Assembly (NCBI GenBank): GCA_002715265.1
Contig: PAYS01000017.1
Span: 66,775-130,774, forward strand
DNA length: 64,000 nucleotides
Direction: 5' to 3'
DNA from: Candidatus Pelagibacterales bacterium
Lineage (GTDB): Bacteria; Pseudomonadota; Alphaproteobacteria; TMED109
The position numbers and the translations under genes are program-made. Of the stretch, positions 1-9,293 are shown piece after piece; within the stretch, counting starts at the first letter, position 1; every line of letters begins with the position of its first letter. The notes below the pieces were generated by a model. The model had not been told where the DNA came from, searched no databases, and saw nothing but the letters and a program-made list of their open reading frames with translations.

Positions 1-393
1 AAACCTTTTGAGGGAGCAAAAAATTTATTAGATAAACTATCATTAAATTTCCAGGTTATAATTTTATCAGATACATTTTATGAAATAGCTGGACCGTTAT
101 TTAATCAATTGGGCAATCCAAATGTTTTTTGTCATCATTTAGAAATTTCTAATTCTGGCACGGTAGAAGCCTATAGATTAAGGATTGAAGACCAAAAAAC
201 TAGGGCTGTAAAAGCCTTTAAAGAATTAGGCTTTTCTGTGGCAGCAGCAGGAGATTCTTACAATGATTTAGGCATGCTTATGGAAGCAGATATTTCAGTC
301 TTATTTAAGGCTCCAGAATTTTTAATTGATGAATATAAATCTTTTCATCATACAGATAATTATGATGTTTTGTATGATTTATTAAGCAATTAA
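1..393 (+). CDS. thrH: Phosphoserine phosphatase / phosphoserine:homoserine phosphotransferase ThrH (HAD family), 5'-truncated by window edge
   Basis: Frame 1 is open from base 1 (KPFEGAKNLLDKLSLNFQVIILSDTFYEIAGPL...). ILSDTFYE, CHHL, YRLR and AAGDSYNDLGML motifs are typical of ThrH. Confidence 0.85.
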   Translation, partial: KPFEGAKNLLDKLSLNFQVIILSDTFYEIAGPLFNQLGNPNVFCHHLEISNSGTVEAYRLRIEDQKTRAVKAFKELGFSVAAAGDSYNDLGMLMEADISVLFKAPEFLIDEYKSFHHTDNYDVLYDLLSN

Positions 394-402
394 ATTAGTA
401 AA

Positions 403-957
403 TTATATCTTTTTAAGCCAGTTTATTATTCTCTCGTCTCTCCAATTAATTATTCCTTCTACTCTCCAAAGTACTTTTTCAGATTTGTTTATAATGAAAG
501 TTGTAGGTATTCCACGCAATTTAAATATTTTAGATAATTTCATTTTGGGGTCTAAAAATACATTATTTTTATTTAGTTTAATTTTATCTACATAGTGTTG
601 AATTTTATCAATATCGTTAGATCTGTCTTGGTTAATATATATTATTTCGTAATCTGATTTTCTCAGAATATTAGATAGTTCGATTAAGTCAGGCATTTCT
701 TTTATGCAGGGGGCACACCATGTGGCCCAAAAATTAATTATGAGGTTTTTACTTTCATTTAATTTGCTAATTGTAACTTTTTGATTATATAAGTTTAATA
801 ATTTTAAATTAGGTATTGTATCTAACTGCTCTTCTTTTTTAATTTTATTGAAAGATTCTGTTATATTTTCAGCAATAACTATATTATCATATAATAGAAA
901 ATAAAATAAGGTAAAATAAAGGCGAAGCTTACATATTTTTTTTATAGAAATTATCAT
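403..957 (-). CDS. tlpA: TlpA-family thiol:disulfide oxidoreductase
   Basis: NFWATWCAPCIKEMP thioredoxin-like motif, GIPTT cis-Pro loop, N-terminal hydrophobic anchor; divergent from argH as is common in alphaproteobacteria. Confidence 0.88.
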   Translation of the reverse strand: MIISIKKICKLRLYFTLFYFLLYDNIVIAENITESFNKIKKEEQLDTIPNLKLLNLYNQKVTISKLNESKNLIINFWATWCAPCIKEMPDLIELSNILRKSDYEIIYINQDRSNDIDKIQHYVDKIKLNKNNVFLDPKMKLSKIFKLRGIPTTFIINKSEKVLWRVEGIINWRDERIINWLKKI

Positions 958-1009
958 ATACTTTTCTTTCTTTTTCTGTATAGGTAATAATCTATTAATG
1001 GTGGATTAA

Positions 1010-2428
1010 ATGAATAAAGTAAAGTCTAATAAAAATAAAGCTTCACAAATATGGGGCGGAAGATTCGAAAAAGATTCTTCAAAACTGATGAAAGAAATTA
1101 ATTCTTCCATTAATTTTGATAAAAGGTTGGCTATGCATGATATTCAATTGAGTAGAGTGCATTCTAATATGCTTGCTCAAAATAAAATAATATTAAAATC
1201 TGAAAACAAAAAAATTCAAAAGGGCTTGAATATTATAGAAAAAGAAATTTTAGAAAATAAATTTAAATTTTCAGCTGATTTAGAAGACATTCATATGCAT
1301 ATTGAGGCTCGTTTAACTGATTTAATTGGTGATCCAGGAAAAAAACTTCATACAGCAAGATCCAGGAATGATCAGGTAGCTACAAGTTTTAAAATGTGGG
1401 TTAGAGATGAAATAGAAACCATTGATGATAAGATAAAAAATTTTCAAAAAGCTTTATTAAACCAAGCAGAAAAACATATTGAGACTATCATGCCTGGTTT
1501 TACGCATTTACAGGCTGCACAACCTGTAAGCTTAGCACATCATTTATTATCATATGTAGAGATGTTGGGTAGAGATAGGTTAAGGATATTAGATTCTAAA
1601 AAAAGATTATTAGAATGTCCACTAGGCTCAGCAGCTTTAGCTGGAACTTCCTATCCGATTGATAGGTTTAAGACAAGTAAAGATTTAGGTTTTAAAACTC
1701 CAATGCTGAATTCTATTGATGCTGTAAGTGATAGAGATTTTGTATTAGAATCATTATCCATTGCAACTTTAATCATGGTTCATATTTCAAGATTATCAGA
1801 AGAAATAATAATATGGGCTTCGTCAGGTTTTAATTTTGTAAAATTACCTGAAGCTTTTTCCACGGGTTCTTCTATTATGCCGCAAAAAAGAAATCCTGAT
1901 TCTGCTGAATTAATAAGAGGAAAAACAGGAAGAATAGCTAGTGCTTATCAAAATATTGTAACTATGCTAAAAGGGTTGCCTCTTTCATATTCAAAAGATA
2001 TGCAGGAAGATAAAGAAGCAGTATTTGATTCTTTTGATAATTTAAAAATTTGTTTGGATGTTGCTATTGGTTTAATTAAAGAAATTAACTTTAATACTAA
2101 AAATATGTATGAAATGGCAAAATTAGGATATCTAACAGCTACGGATTTAGCTGATTGGCTTGTAAAAGAAGCAGGAGTTCCATTTAGAGATGCTCACGCT
2201 ATTACAGGAAAAGTAGTTAAGTTAGCTGAAAGCAAAAACTTAGGGTTAAATGAGCTTAAATTAAATGATTTAAGAAGTATAAATGAAAATATATCTGAAG
2301 AGACCCTAAAAGTTTTATCATTAGAATATTCTTTAAAAAGTAGAGATAGTTTTGGTGGTACAGCACCTAAAATGGTAAAAAAAGCTATTAAAAAAGCAAA
2401 AATACAGTGGTTAAAAAATATTGTATAA
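1010..2428 (+). CDS. argH: Argininosuccinate lyase
   Basis: WGGRF, HTARSRNDQ, MPGFTHLQ and GSSIMPQKRNPD fumarate-lyase signature. Confidence 0.98.
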   Translation: MNKVKSNKNKASQIWGGRFEKDSSKLMKEINSSINFDKRLAMHDIQLSRVHSNMLAQNKIILKSENKKIQKGLNIIEKEILENKFKFSADLEDIHMHIEARLTDLIGDPGKKLHTARSRNDQVATSFKMWVRDEIETIDDKIKNFQKALLNQAEKHIETIMPGFTHLQAAQPVSLAHHLLSYVEMLGRDRLRILDSKKRLLECPLGSAALAGTSYPIDRFKTSKDLGFKTPMLNSIDAVSDRDFVLESLSIATLIMVHISRLSEEIIIWASSGFNFVKLPEAFSTGSSIMPQKRNPDSAELIRGKTGRIASAYQNIVTMLKGLPLSYSKDMQEDKEAVFDSFDNLKICLDVAIGLIKEINFNTKNMYEMAKLGYLTATDLADWLVKEAGVPFRDAHAITGKVVKLAESKNLGLNELKLNDLRSINENISEETLKVLSLEYSLKSRDSFGGTAPKMVKKAIKKAKIQWLKNIV

Positions 2429-2549
2429 ATTTTTAAACATATTTATTATTGCGTTATTTTTATCAACTGCTTTGGTGAGTTGTGGAAAAAGAGCGGATTT
2501 AGAAAGACCACCAAAAGTAGATGGTTTAGAGCCTGCAAATATAGAATAG
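2421..2549 (+). CDS. Small lipoprotein, LppL/LptM (YifL)-like, 42 aa (not in ORF track)
   Basis: Manual translation from TTG: MYKFLNIFIIALFLSTALVSCGKRADLERPPKVDGLEPANIE*. Signal peptide, lipobox LVS-C and CGK..L..P motif, directly upstream of lysA. Confidence 0.8.
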   Translation: MYKFLNIFIIALFLSTALVSCGKRADLERPPKVDGLEPANIE

Positions 2550-2575
2550 AACTAGACAAGCTTTTAGGTTTTGAG

Positions 2576-3850
2576 ATGAGTTTATTAAATTACAGAAATA
2601 ATATTTTATATTTTGAAGATGTGTCACTTAATGAGATAGCAGATAAAATAGTAACTCCAATGTATATTTATTCTCAATCTACGCTAGAAAATAATTTTAA
2701 TAAAATAAATGAAGCATTAAATAAAATTTTAGGAAAAGAACAAGAAAAATTAATAGCTTTTTCAGTCAAATCTAATTCTAATATTGCAATTATAAATAGA
2801 TTACATAATTTAGGTTCTGGAGCTGATGTGGTGTCAGTAGGAGAATTAAAAAGATCTTTAAATGCAGGTATTAAAGGAAATAAGATTGTTTTTTCTGGGG
2901 TAGGAAAAACCTCGGAAGAAATGCTTTTTGCTTTAGAAATGGATGTTGTGCAATTTAATATAGAGTCTATATCAGAGATTAATCAATTATCAGAAATTGC
3001 TAGTTCAAATAATAAGATTGCTCCAATAGCATTCAGAATTAATCCAGATATAGTAGCAGGTGGTCACGAAAAAATAGCTACTGGAGGAAGTAATACTAAA
3101 TTTGGTATTCCTTATAGTGAAGCTTTAAAAGCTTATGAGTATGCAAAATCATTACCTGGAATTAATATTGTTGGAATAGATATTCATATAGGTTCACAAA
3201 TAACCAATTTAGAACCATTTAGTTTAGCCTTTCAAAAAATACGTGACCTTTATGATAAATTAATCATCGGTGGACATAATATAATTAACATAGATTTGGG
3301 TGGAGGAATAGGTATAAAATATATAGATACAGATGAACCATTCTTATTAGAAGATTATGCCAATCTAGTAAATAAAAATTTTGGTGATTTGAAATGTAAG
3401 TTGATATTTGAGCCAGGTAGATGTATTGCAGCATCCGCTGGGATTTTGTTGACAAAAGTAATTAGAGATAAAAATAGTTATAATAATAATTTTCTGGTAG
3501 TAGATGCTGCGATGAATGATTTTATGAGACCTGCTTTATATGGAGCCAAACATAAAATACTTAGTGTTAATAAAGATAACAATTCTGATAAAAAAATTGA
3601 TTATCAGGTGGTTGGGCCTGTATGTGAAACTGGAGATGTAATGGGAGAAATAGTTTCTTCTAGAATTATGAATTCTGGAGATTATATTATTATAAAGGAT
3701 GTAGGAGCATACGGCGCAGTTATGTCTTCAAATTATAATAGTAGGCCGTCAGTTCCAGAAGTTTTGATAAAAGGTAGTAATTTTAATGTTATTAGAAAAA
3801 CAATTACAACAGATGAATTATTGGCTTTTGAGAGTATCCCAAGTGAGTGA
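2576..3850 (+). CDS. lysA: Diaminopimelate decarboxylase
   Basis: FSVKSNSN PLP lysine, HIGSQ, EPGR, GPVCETGD and GAYG..MSSNYN motifs. Start moved to ATG 2576 because the longer 5' extension overlaps the lipoprotein gene. Confidence 0.96.
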   Translation: MSLLNYRNNILYFEDVSLNEIADKIVTPMYIYSQSTLENNFNKINEALNKILGKEQEKLIAFSVKSNSNIAIINRLHNLGSGADVVSVGELKRSLNAGIKGNKIVFSGVGKTSEEMLFALEMDVVQFNIESISEINQLSEIASSNNKIAPIAFRINPDIVAGGHEKIATGGSNTKFGIPYSEALKAYEYAKSLPGINIVGIDIHIGSQITNLEPFSLAFQKIRDLYDKLIIGGHNIINIDLGGGIGIKYIDTDEPFLLEDYANLVNKNFGDLKCKLIFEPGRCIAASAGILLTKVIRDKNSYNNNFLVVDAAMNDFMRPALYGAKHKILSVNKDNNSDKKIDYQVVGPVCETGDVMGEIVSSRIMNSGDYIIIKDVGAYGAVMSSNYNSRPSVPEVLIKGSNFNVIRKTITTDELLAFESIPSE

Positions 3851-6309
3851 AAGGTAATTATATGAATAGTAAACAATCGTCTAAGTCTATTCCCGCAGGT
3901 CTAAGTGTAAGAATATTCTTAGCACAAATTTTAATATTATGGGAAAAATTAGCTAAAACTATTTTTTATACATTGTTTTTATTAATTTTGTTTCTGTGTT
4001 TAAGTCTTTTAAACTTTTTTTCTATGATTGCCTATACATTTCATATTTTAACTCTATGTACATTTGTTTTAGGGTTTATTTGTATATTGTTTTTTACACT
4101 AAAAAATTTTAAATGGCCTTCAAAGATTGATTCAGCTCGAAGAATAGAGATAGATAATAATGCGACACATAGGCCTATAAGTACGATATTTGACACACCT
4201 GGTATAAATAAAGATAGTAATTTATGGGATATTCATTACAGCAATATGTTAGAATATTCTACTTCTTTAAAAAAACTTAAGTTGAGATCAGTTTTTATGA
4301 AATTAGATCCATTGTGTCTTAGGCTGCCACTCTTAATATTATTTTCTTTTATTTATTTTTCTAATCAATCAGTTTGGGTAGATAGAGTGCATGCTGCTAT
4401 TTTGCCGCACGCAGATATATCCGATATAGGTGTACAAGGAACTTTTACTGGATGGCTTACTCCACCTGAGTATACAAAAAAACAACCTATCTTACTTATG
4501 GATAGTGATGAGGCTATTAGTAGTCCTTCAGGAAGCGTTTTATCAGCAAGAGTATTTGGAGGCGAGGGCAACATAACGTTGCATATGGATGATAAAATAG
4601 AAGATTTTATTAAAATTGATGATGAAAATGCATCTATAGAAAGTATTATTGATAAAGATACTGATATATCAGTTTTTCAAAATAATAATGTATTGTTTAA
4701 TAAATATATAAAATCTATTCCTGATAAAATTCCTACTGTGGAATTTATTGAAAATCCCAAATCTACAATAAAAGGAATATTAGATATTAATTATGTTTTT
4801 GGGGATGACTATTCTGTTATTAAGTTATTTGCGGAAATATCGTTAAAAAATAAGCTAGAAATTAAAACTCAGGATCAGATAAAATTTAATATTCCATTTG
4901 AAAACAGTGATGAAATACAGACATTTGGTAGGTACTATCATGATTTGACTGAACATATTTGGGCAGGATTGCCAGTGAATATTGTTTTAAATGTTGAGGA
5001 TTTTGTTGGGCAAAAAGGTAAAAGTGATGTAGTAGAAATTTTATTACCTGAAAAGCAATTTAATAATCTTATTGCACTTTCAGTTATTAACCAAAGAAAA
5101 AGTTTAGCATGGGGAAAAGACACTCCTCATAATGTAGGGCAAATTTTGGAAGAAATTTCAGAATCTCCTGAATTTGAAAATAAATTAAATATTGCCAAGG
5201 AATGGCTCTTAGAAGCTGCGAATATTTTAAACAAAGATAAAAATGCTAAAACATTAAATTCAAATAATTATAATTTTGTTATTGATTTGCTATGGAAAAC
5301 AGCTTTATTTATTGAATCTGGCCAGTTAGCTGTAGCAGAAAATGAATTAAGAAGAGCGCAAGAAGATTTAAGAGAAGCTTTATCTCAAGGAAATGAAGGA
5401 ACTGAAATTGATGATATGGTTTCTAACTTAGATACTGCGCTAAAAAAATATTTAGAGGAATTAGAAAATCCAATGGATATTGATGCTCCACAATTATCAG
5501 AGTCAGATAATCCAGGAGATCGTGGTGGAGAAAATGGGGCTCAGGCAAATGATAAAGAAAACTTAGAGGAAAAATTAGAAGAAATTGCTGATTTAGCTGC
5601 CTCTGGTTCTTTAGACGAGGCTCAAGAACAGTTAGAAAATATGCAAGATATGACGGAAGCTATGGATAGAGATGCTTTAGGGGAAGCTTTAGGAGAGCAA
5701 GAAGGAGCTGAAACTCCTATGGCAATGCAGCAAATTTCTGAAATGATGCAAGAACAAGAAGCTCTTATGGAAGATTCATTTGAACAATCACTTAATTCTG
5801 CGCAAGCAGATCAAAAGACACCTGGTTCAGGACCTGTAAATGCTGGAAAAGAACAAGAAATGCTTAGAAAACAATTAGAAGATGTTATGCACGAAATTAG
5901 TGAATCTGATAATCCAATGCCTGAAGAATTAGGAAGAGCTGAAAGAGCAATGAAGCAAGCTGAAAGAGAGTTACAAAGAGGAAGGCCAGATAGAGCTCAA
6001 ACAGCTCAAGGTAGGGCTATAGAAGAACTAAAAAAAGCGGCAGAAAAAATTGATAAAATGCATTCAGGAGATGGACCAAGTCAAATGGCAGGAGATAGTG
6101 GAAATAATAATAGTAGAGATCAAAGAGATCCTCTAGGAAGAGTTCCTCCTGGTCAAGGGACTTCTCCTGGTGGAGACATAGGATTGCCAAGTCAACAAAA
6201 TGTGACTAAAGCCAAAGAAATTGTTAAAGAGTTATATAAAAAAGCTGAATCTTCTCAAGAAGGATCAGTCGAAAGAAAGTATGTTGATAGTTTGTTAGAC
6301 TGGTATTAA
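3847..6309 (+). CDS. TIGR02302 / DUF4175-family membrane-anchored protein
   Basis: N-terminal TM helices, HRP, GWLTPPEYT, DLTEHIWAG, long Gln/Glu-rich coiled-coil tail ending RDPLGR...ERKY; usual position downstream of lysA. Confidence 0.85.
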   Translation: MKGNYMNSKQSSKSIPAGLSVRIFLAQILILWEKLAKTIFYTLFLLILFLCLSLLNFFSMIAYTFHILTLCTFVLGFICILFFTLKNFKWPSKIDSARRIEIDNNATHRPISTIFDTPGINKDSNLWDIHYSNMLEYSTSLKKLKLRSVFMKLDPLCLRLPLLILFSFIYFSNQSVWVDRVHAAILPHADISDIGVQGTFTGWLTPPEYTKKQPILLMDSDEAISSPSGSVLSARVFGGEGNITLHMDDKIEDFIKIDDENASIESIIDKDTDISVFQNNNVLFNKYIKSIPDKIPTVEFIENPKSTIKGILDINYVFGDDYSVIKLFAEISLKNKLEIKTQDQIKFNIPFENSDEIQTFGRYYHDLTEHIWAGLPVNIVLNVEDFVGQKGKSDVVEILLPEKQFNNLIALSVINQRKSLAWGKDTPHNVGQILEEISESPEFENKLNIAKEWLLEAANILNKDKNAKTLNSNNYNFVIDLLWKTALFIESGQLAVAENELRRAQEDLREALSQGNEGTEIDDMVSNLDTALKKYLEELENPMDIDAPQLSESDNPGDRGGENGAQANDKENLEEKLEEIADLAASGSLDEAQEQLENMQDMTEAMDRDALGEALGEQEGAETPMAMQQISEMMQEQEALMEDSFEQSLNSAQADQKTPGSGPVNAGKEQEMLRKQLEDVMHEISESDNPMPEELGRAERAMKQAERELQRGRPDRAQTAQGRAIEELKKAAEKIDKMHSGDGPSQMAGDSGNNNSRDQRDPLGRVPPGQGTSPGGDIGLPSQQNVTKAKEIVKELYKKAESSQEGSVERKYVDSLLDWY

Positions 6310-6627
6310 TTATCTGCTAAAGTTTCTACCAAATAAATTTCCTCCCTCAATTGGAACACCTAAATCTATAAGTATATTTATTAAAATTTGTGGAATAGGA
6401 ATTTTGTTCCCGTAAACTATAATAAGGCCAATATAAATAATTATGGAGGTTAGTAAAATAGTAATTATCCAAAAAAGCCATAAGCCTGAAAGTGAAGAAA
6501 TTTCATCATCTCTATTTGTTTTCCATATTTCACCGCATTGAGAACATTTAACTTTCTTTCCTTCAGATGGAATTAAGTTATTATCTACTTTAAACTTAGT
6601 CTTACAATTAGGGCATTGTATTATCAA
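6310..6627 (-). CDS. MJ0042-type zinc-ribbon membrane protein
   Basis: MIIQCPNCKTKF...GKKVKCSQCGEIW zinc ribbon followed by one TM helix; AGGA RBS before TTG start. Confidence 0.85.
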   Translation of the reverse strand: MIIQCPNCKTKFKVDNNLIPSEGKKVKCSQCGEIWKTNRDDEISSLSGLWLFWIITILLTSIIIYIGLIIVYGNKIPIPQILINILIDLGVPIEGGNLFGRNFSR

Positions 6628-6707
6628 ATTTAAAATTCCTGTTTTGGTTATATTATCTTTTTAGTTAGAGTATAATATTACTTATTAATATAAAAACATA
6701 TATATTT

Positions 6708-7292
6708 TTGGAAAATAAATTGCTTAAAGAAAAATTTATAATTATTTTTTTAATTATATTATTATTATATTTATTATCATTTTGTATATTTCTTGATGAC
6801 ATTAATTATACTTATGATGACCCAAAAAATTTAGATGCAGTAGTAATTTTAACGGGTTCTAAAGGTAGGCTTGGTTTAGGTCTAGGATATATGGAAAATA
6901 ATCCCAAACTCAAGATATTAATCAGTGGAGTAGGAGAAGGAGTTAAATTTTCAGACCTGCCGATTGATCAAAGTTTTAATAAAAATAATATTACACTTGG
7001 ATTTGAAGCAAAAAATACTATTCAAAATGCATTAGAAACTTCAAATTGGATTTCAGAGAACAATATTAAAAGCTTTTTATTGGTTACAGATAATTGGCAT
7101 ATGAAAAGGTCATTATTATTATTTAGAGGTGTTATAAATAATGTTGAAATTTTTCCAAAAAAGCTAGCTTCAATAAAATTAAATTTTACTTATTTAGTTA
7201 GGGAGCCTAGAGCATTTTATACCTTAATAGTTGAACATTTAAAATACATAATTTCTCATGCGCAGATAATTTACTATTGGATATTAAATTGA
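6708..7292 (+). CDS. YdcF / DUF218 (ElyC/SanA-like) protein
   Basis: N-terminal TM, DAVVILTG, ILISG, A.NTIQNA and LVTDNWHMKRS motifs. Confidence 0.85.
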   Translation: MENKLLKEKFIIIFLIILLLYLLSFCIFLDDINYTYDDPKNLDAVVILTGSKGRLGLGLGYMENNPKLKILISGVGEGVKFSDLPIDQSFNKNNITLGFEAKNTIQNALETSNWISENNIKSFLLVTDNWHMKRSLLLFRGVINNVEIFPKKLASIKLNFTYLVREPRAFYTLIVEHLKYIISHAQIIYYWILN

Positions 7293-7963
7293 TAATAAGG
7301 TCCTTGATTTTTAATATATTATTTTTTCTTATAAGTTCCATCATGGCATTATTTTTGTTTCCTTTTTTAATTAGTAGAAGGTCAACATTGATTATTGCTT
7401 ATTGCTGGGCAAAAATTGTTTTATTTTTGTTAAAAAATGTTTGTGGCGTTTTAATAAAAATTAGTGATCAAAATCAAATTAATAAAAATGGTGTAATATT
7501 TGCTGTACGTCACGAGTCAATGTTAGATACTATATTATTTTTAGCATATAATCTTGATATTAAATACATTGTTAAGAAAGAATTATTATATGTTCCGTTT
7601 TATGGACTTTTTGTGTGGAGAAGTGGGCATATTATTATTAATAGAAAGGGTAAATCTAAAACTTTATTAAAAATGGTAAACAAAGTCAGAGAATATGCTA
7701 ATTCAGGTAAAAATATAATTATATTTCCTCACGGGACTAGAATAGGAGTTGGACAAAATATTAGAGTTCAATCAGGAATATTTGCATTTTACAAATATCT
7801 GGATAAACCTATAATTCCCATACATATTAGTACAGGGCATGTTTGGAAGAAAAATGGTTTTATTAAACAGCCTGGTATTGTAGAGGTTAAATTTTTAGAA
7901 AAAATAAATAAAGGTTTGAATAAAAGCGAATTTTTATCAATTATTAATAATAGGTTAAATTGA
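7277..7963 (+). CDS. plsC: 1-acyl-sn-glycerol-3-phosphate acyltransferase
   Basis: HESMLDT (HX4D), KKEL..PF, FPHGTR motifs. Exact start uncertain. Confidence 0.88.
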   Translation: MDIKLIIRSLIFNILFFLISSIMALFLFPFLISRRSTLIIAYCWAKIVLFLLKNVCGVLIKISDQNQINKNGVIFAVRHESMLDTILFLAYNLDIKYIVKKELLYVPFYGLFVWRSGHIIINRKGKSKTLLKMVNKVREYANSGKNIIIFPHGTRIGVGQNIRVQSGIFAFYKYLDKPIIPIHISTGHVWKKNGFIKQPGIVEVKFLEKINKGLNKSEFLSIINNRLN

Positions 7964-8031
7964 TTTTTAATTTTGTAATAATCCAAAAATATATAATGTT
8001 AAGTATATTTATATTACTTTAAGAGGAATTC

Positions 8032-9279
8032 ATGAAAATATTTAGTAAATCAATAATTTTTCCATTTTTAGTGATATTTATATCTGCATTATTTTATGTG
8101 TTATTTGTAAATACTAAACCAGTGGCACATTCAAAAAAGAATATTACAGAATTTCCTGTGGTTGAGATAGAAAAGTTAGAATCTGATTATTTTTCTTCGA
8201 ATATTAATTCTTTTGGAGAGGTTATTAGTGAAAAAGTGATTGATATAAAATTTCCTACAAATGGAAAAATATATGAAGTGGGTATGGTCGGAGACGGTTC
8301 ATTTATTAAAAAGGGAGATTTAATATTCAGTATAGATCCATTTGAGATAGAGAATAATATTGAGCAAAATAAAGCGGAAAGAAAAATTATAAGCTATAAT
8401 ATTGAAAAATTATCAAAACAGATAGTAAGTAAAAAGTTATATAAAAATCAGATTGCTAACCAAAAAAATATATTAAGTAAGCAATTAGAAAATAAATTGA
8501 ATATTGAGGGTAGTTCAATTTCTAAAAACTCTCTTGATGACTTGCGTATTTCTATAAGTCGTTTAGAGGAAAGTTTAATAAATACAAGTGAACTAATTGA
8601 TGTGCTAAGTTTTAATTTAAAGACAAATGAAATACAGCTTAATAAAATTAATATCATTATTGAAAGATATGAAAATGATTTATTTAACTCAAAGGTTATT
8701 GCGCCATTTTCAGGCTATATTGAAAATTTTAAAATTTATGAGGGACAAGAAATATTTAGTAATGAATTATTAGGAGTACTTAAAGATACTGAAAATTTAG
8801 AAGTAAAGTTTTTCATTGGAGGAGAAGATTACAATAATTTGTTAAAATTTAAAGATAGAGGTATTGGCTCGTTAGTTCAAATTAAATGGTCAGTAGGAAA
8901 AACAGTTTACTCTTCAGAAGGAGTTATAAAAAGAATTGATGGAGAATTGAATAGTAATACTGCGGGCATATATTTATATGCCGAGTTAACAGAAAATTTA
9001 AATAGCATTCCTATAGGAGCATTTGTAGAAATTAATATGCAAAGAAAGATAAATTATAAATCTATAAAAATTCCTTATTCAGCCGTTTTTAATAATAAAT
9101 ATATTTATATTATGAATGGTAATACTTTGAAAAAAACCAAAATAAAAATTATTGGTGAAGAAAAAAATGGTCTATTAATAAAAGACGAAGAATTAGCCGG
9201 TAAATCTCTAGTTATTACTAGGTTGAGTGATATGCAGGATAATATGCAAGTTAAACCTATACTTAGTTCTAAAAAATAA
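8032..9279 (+). CDS. RND efflux periplasmic adaptor (membrane fusion protein)
   Basis: N-terminal anchor, lipoyl-like halves (GSFIKKGD; APFSGYI), long coiled coil; directly upstream of an RND permease. Confidence 0.85.
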   Translation: MKIFSKSIIFPFLVIFISALFYVLFVNTKPVAHSKKNITEFPVVEIEKLESDYFSSNINSFGEVISEKVIDIKFPTNGKIYEVGMVGDGSFIKKGDLIFSIDPFEIENNIEQNKAERKIISYNIEKLSKQIVSKKLYKNQIANQKNILSKQLENKLNIEGSSISKNSLDDLRISISRLEESLINTSELIDVLSFNLKTNEIQLNKINIIIERYENDLFNSKVIAPFSGYIENFKIYEGQEIFSNELLGVLKDTENLEVKFFIGGEDYNNLLKFKDRGIGSLVQIKWSVGKTVYSSEGVIKRIDGELNSNTAGIYLYAELTENLNSIPIGAFVEINMQRKINYKSIKIPYSAVFNNKYIYIMNGNTLKKTKIKIIGEEKNGLLIKDEELAGKSLVITRLSDMQDNMQVKPILSSKK

Positions 9280-9293
9280 ATTTAGGTAATTTA

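Noticed and set aside
5340..6250. GC-richer, Gln/Glu/Gly-rich low-complexity stretch suggesting a repeat or foreign insert
   Set aside because: It is the normal coiled-coil/disordered C-terminus of TIGR02302-family proteins; no exact DNA repeats seen.
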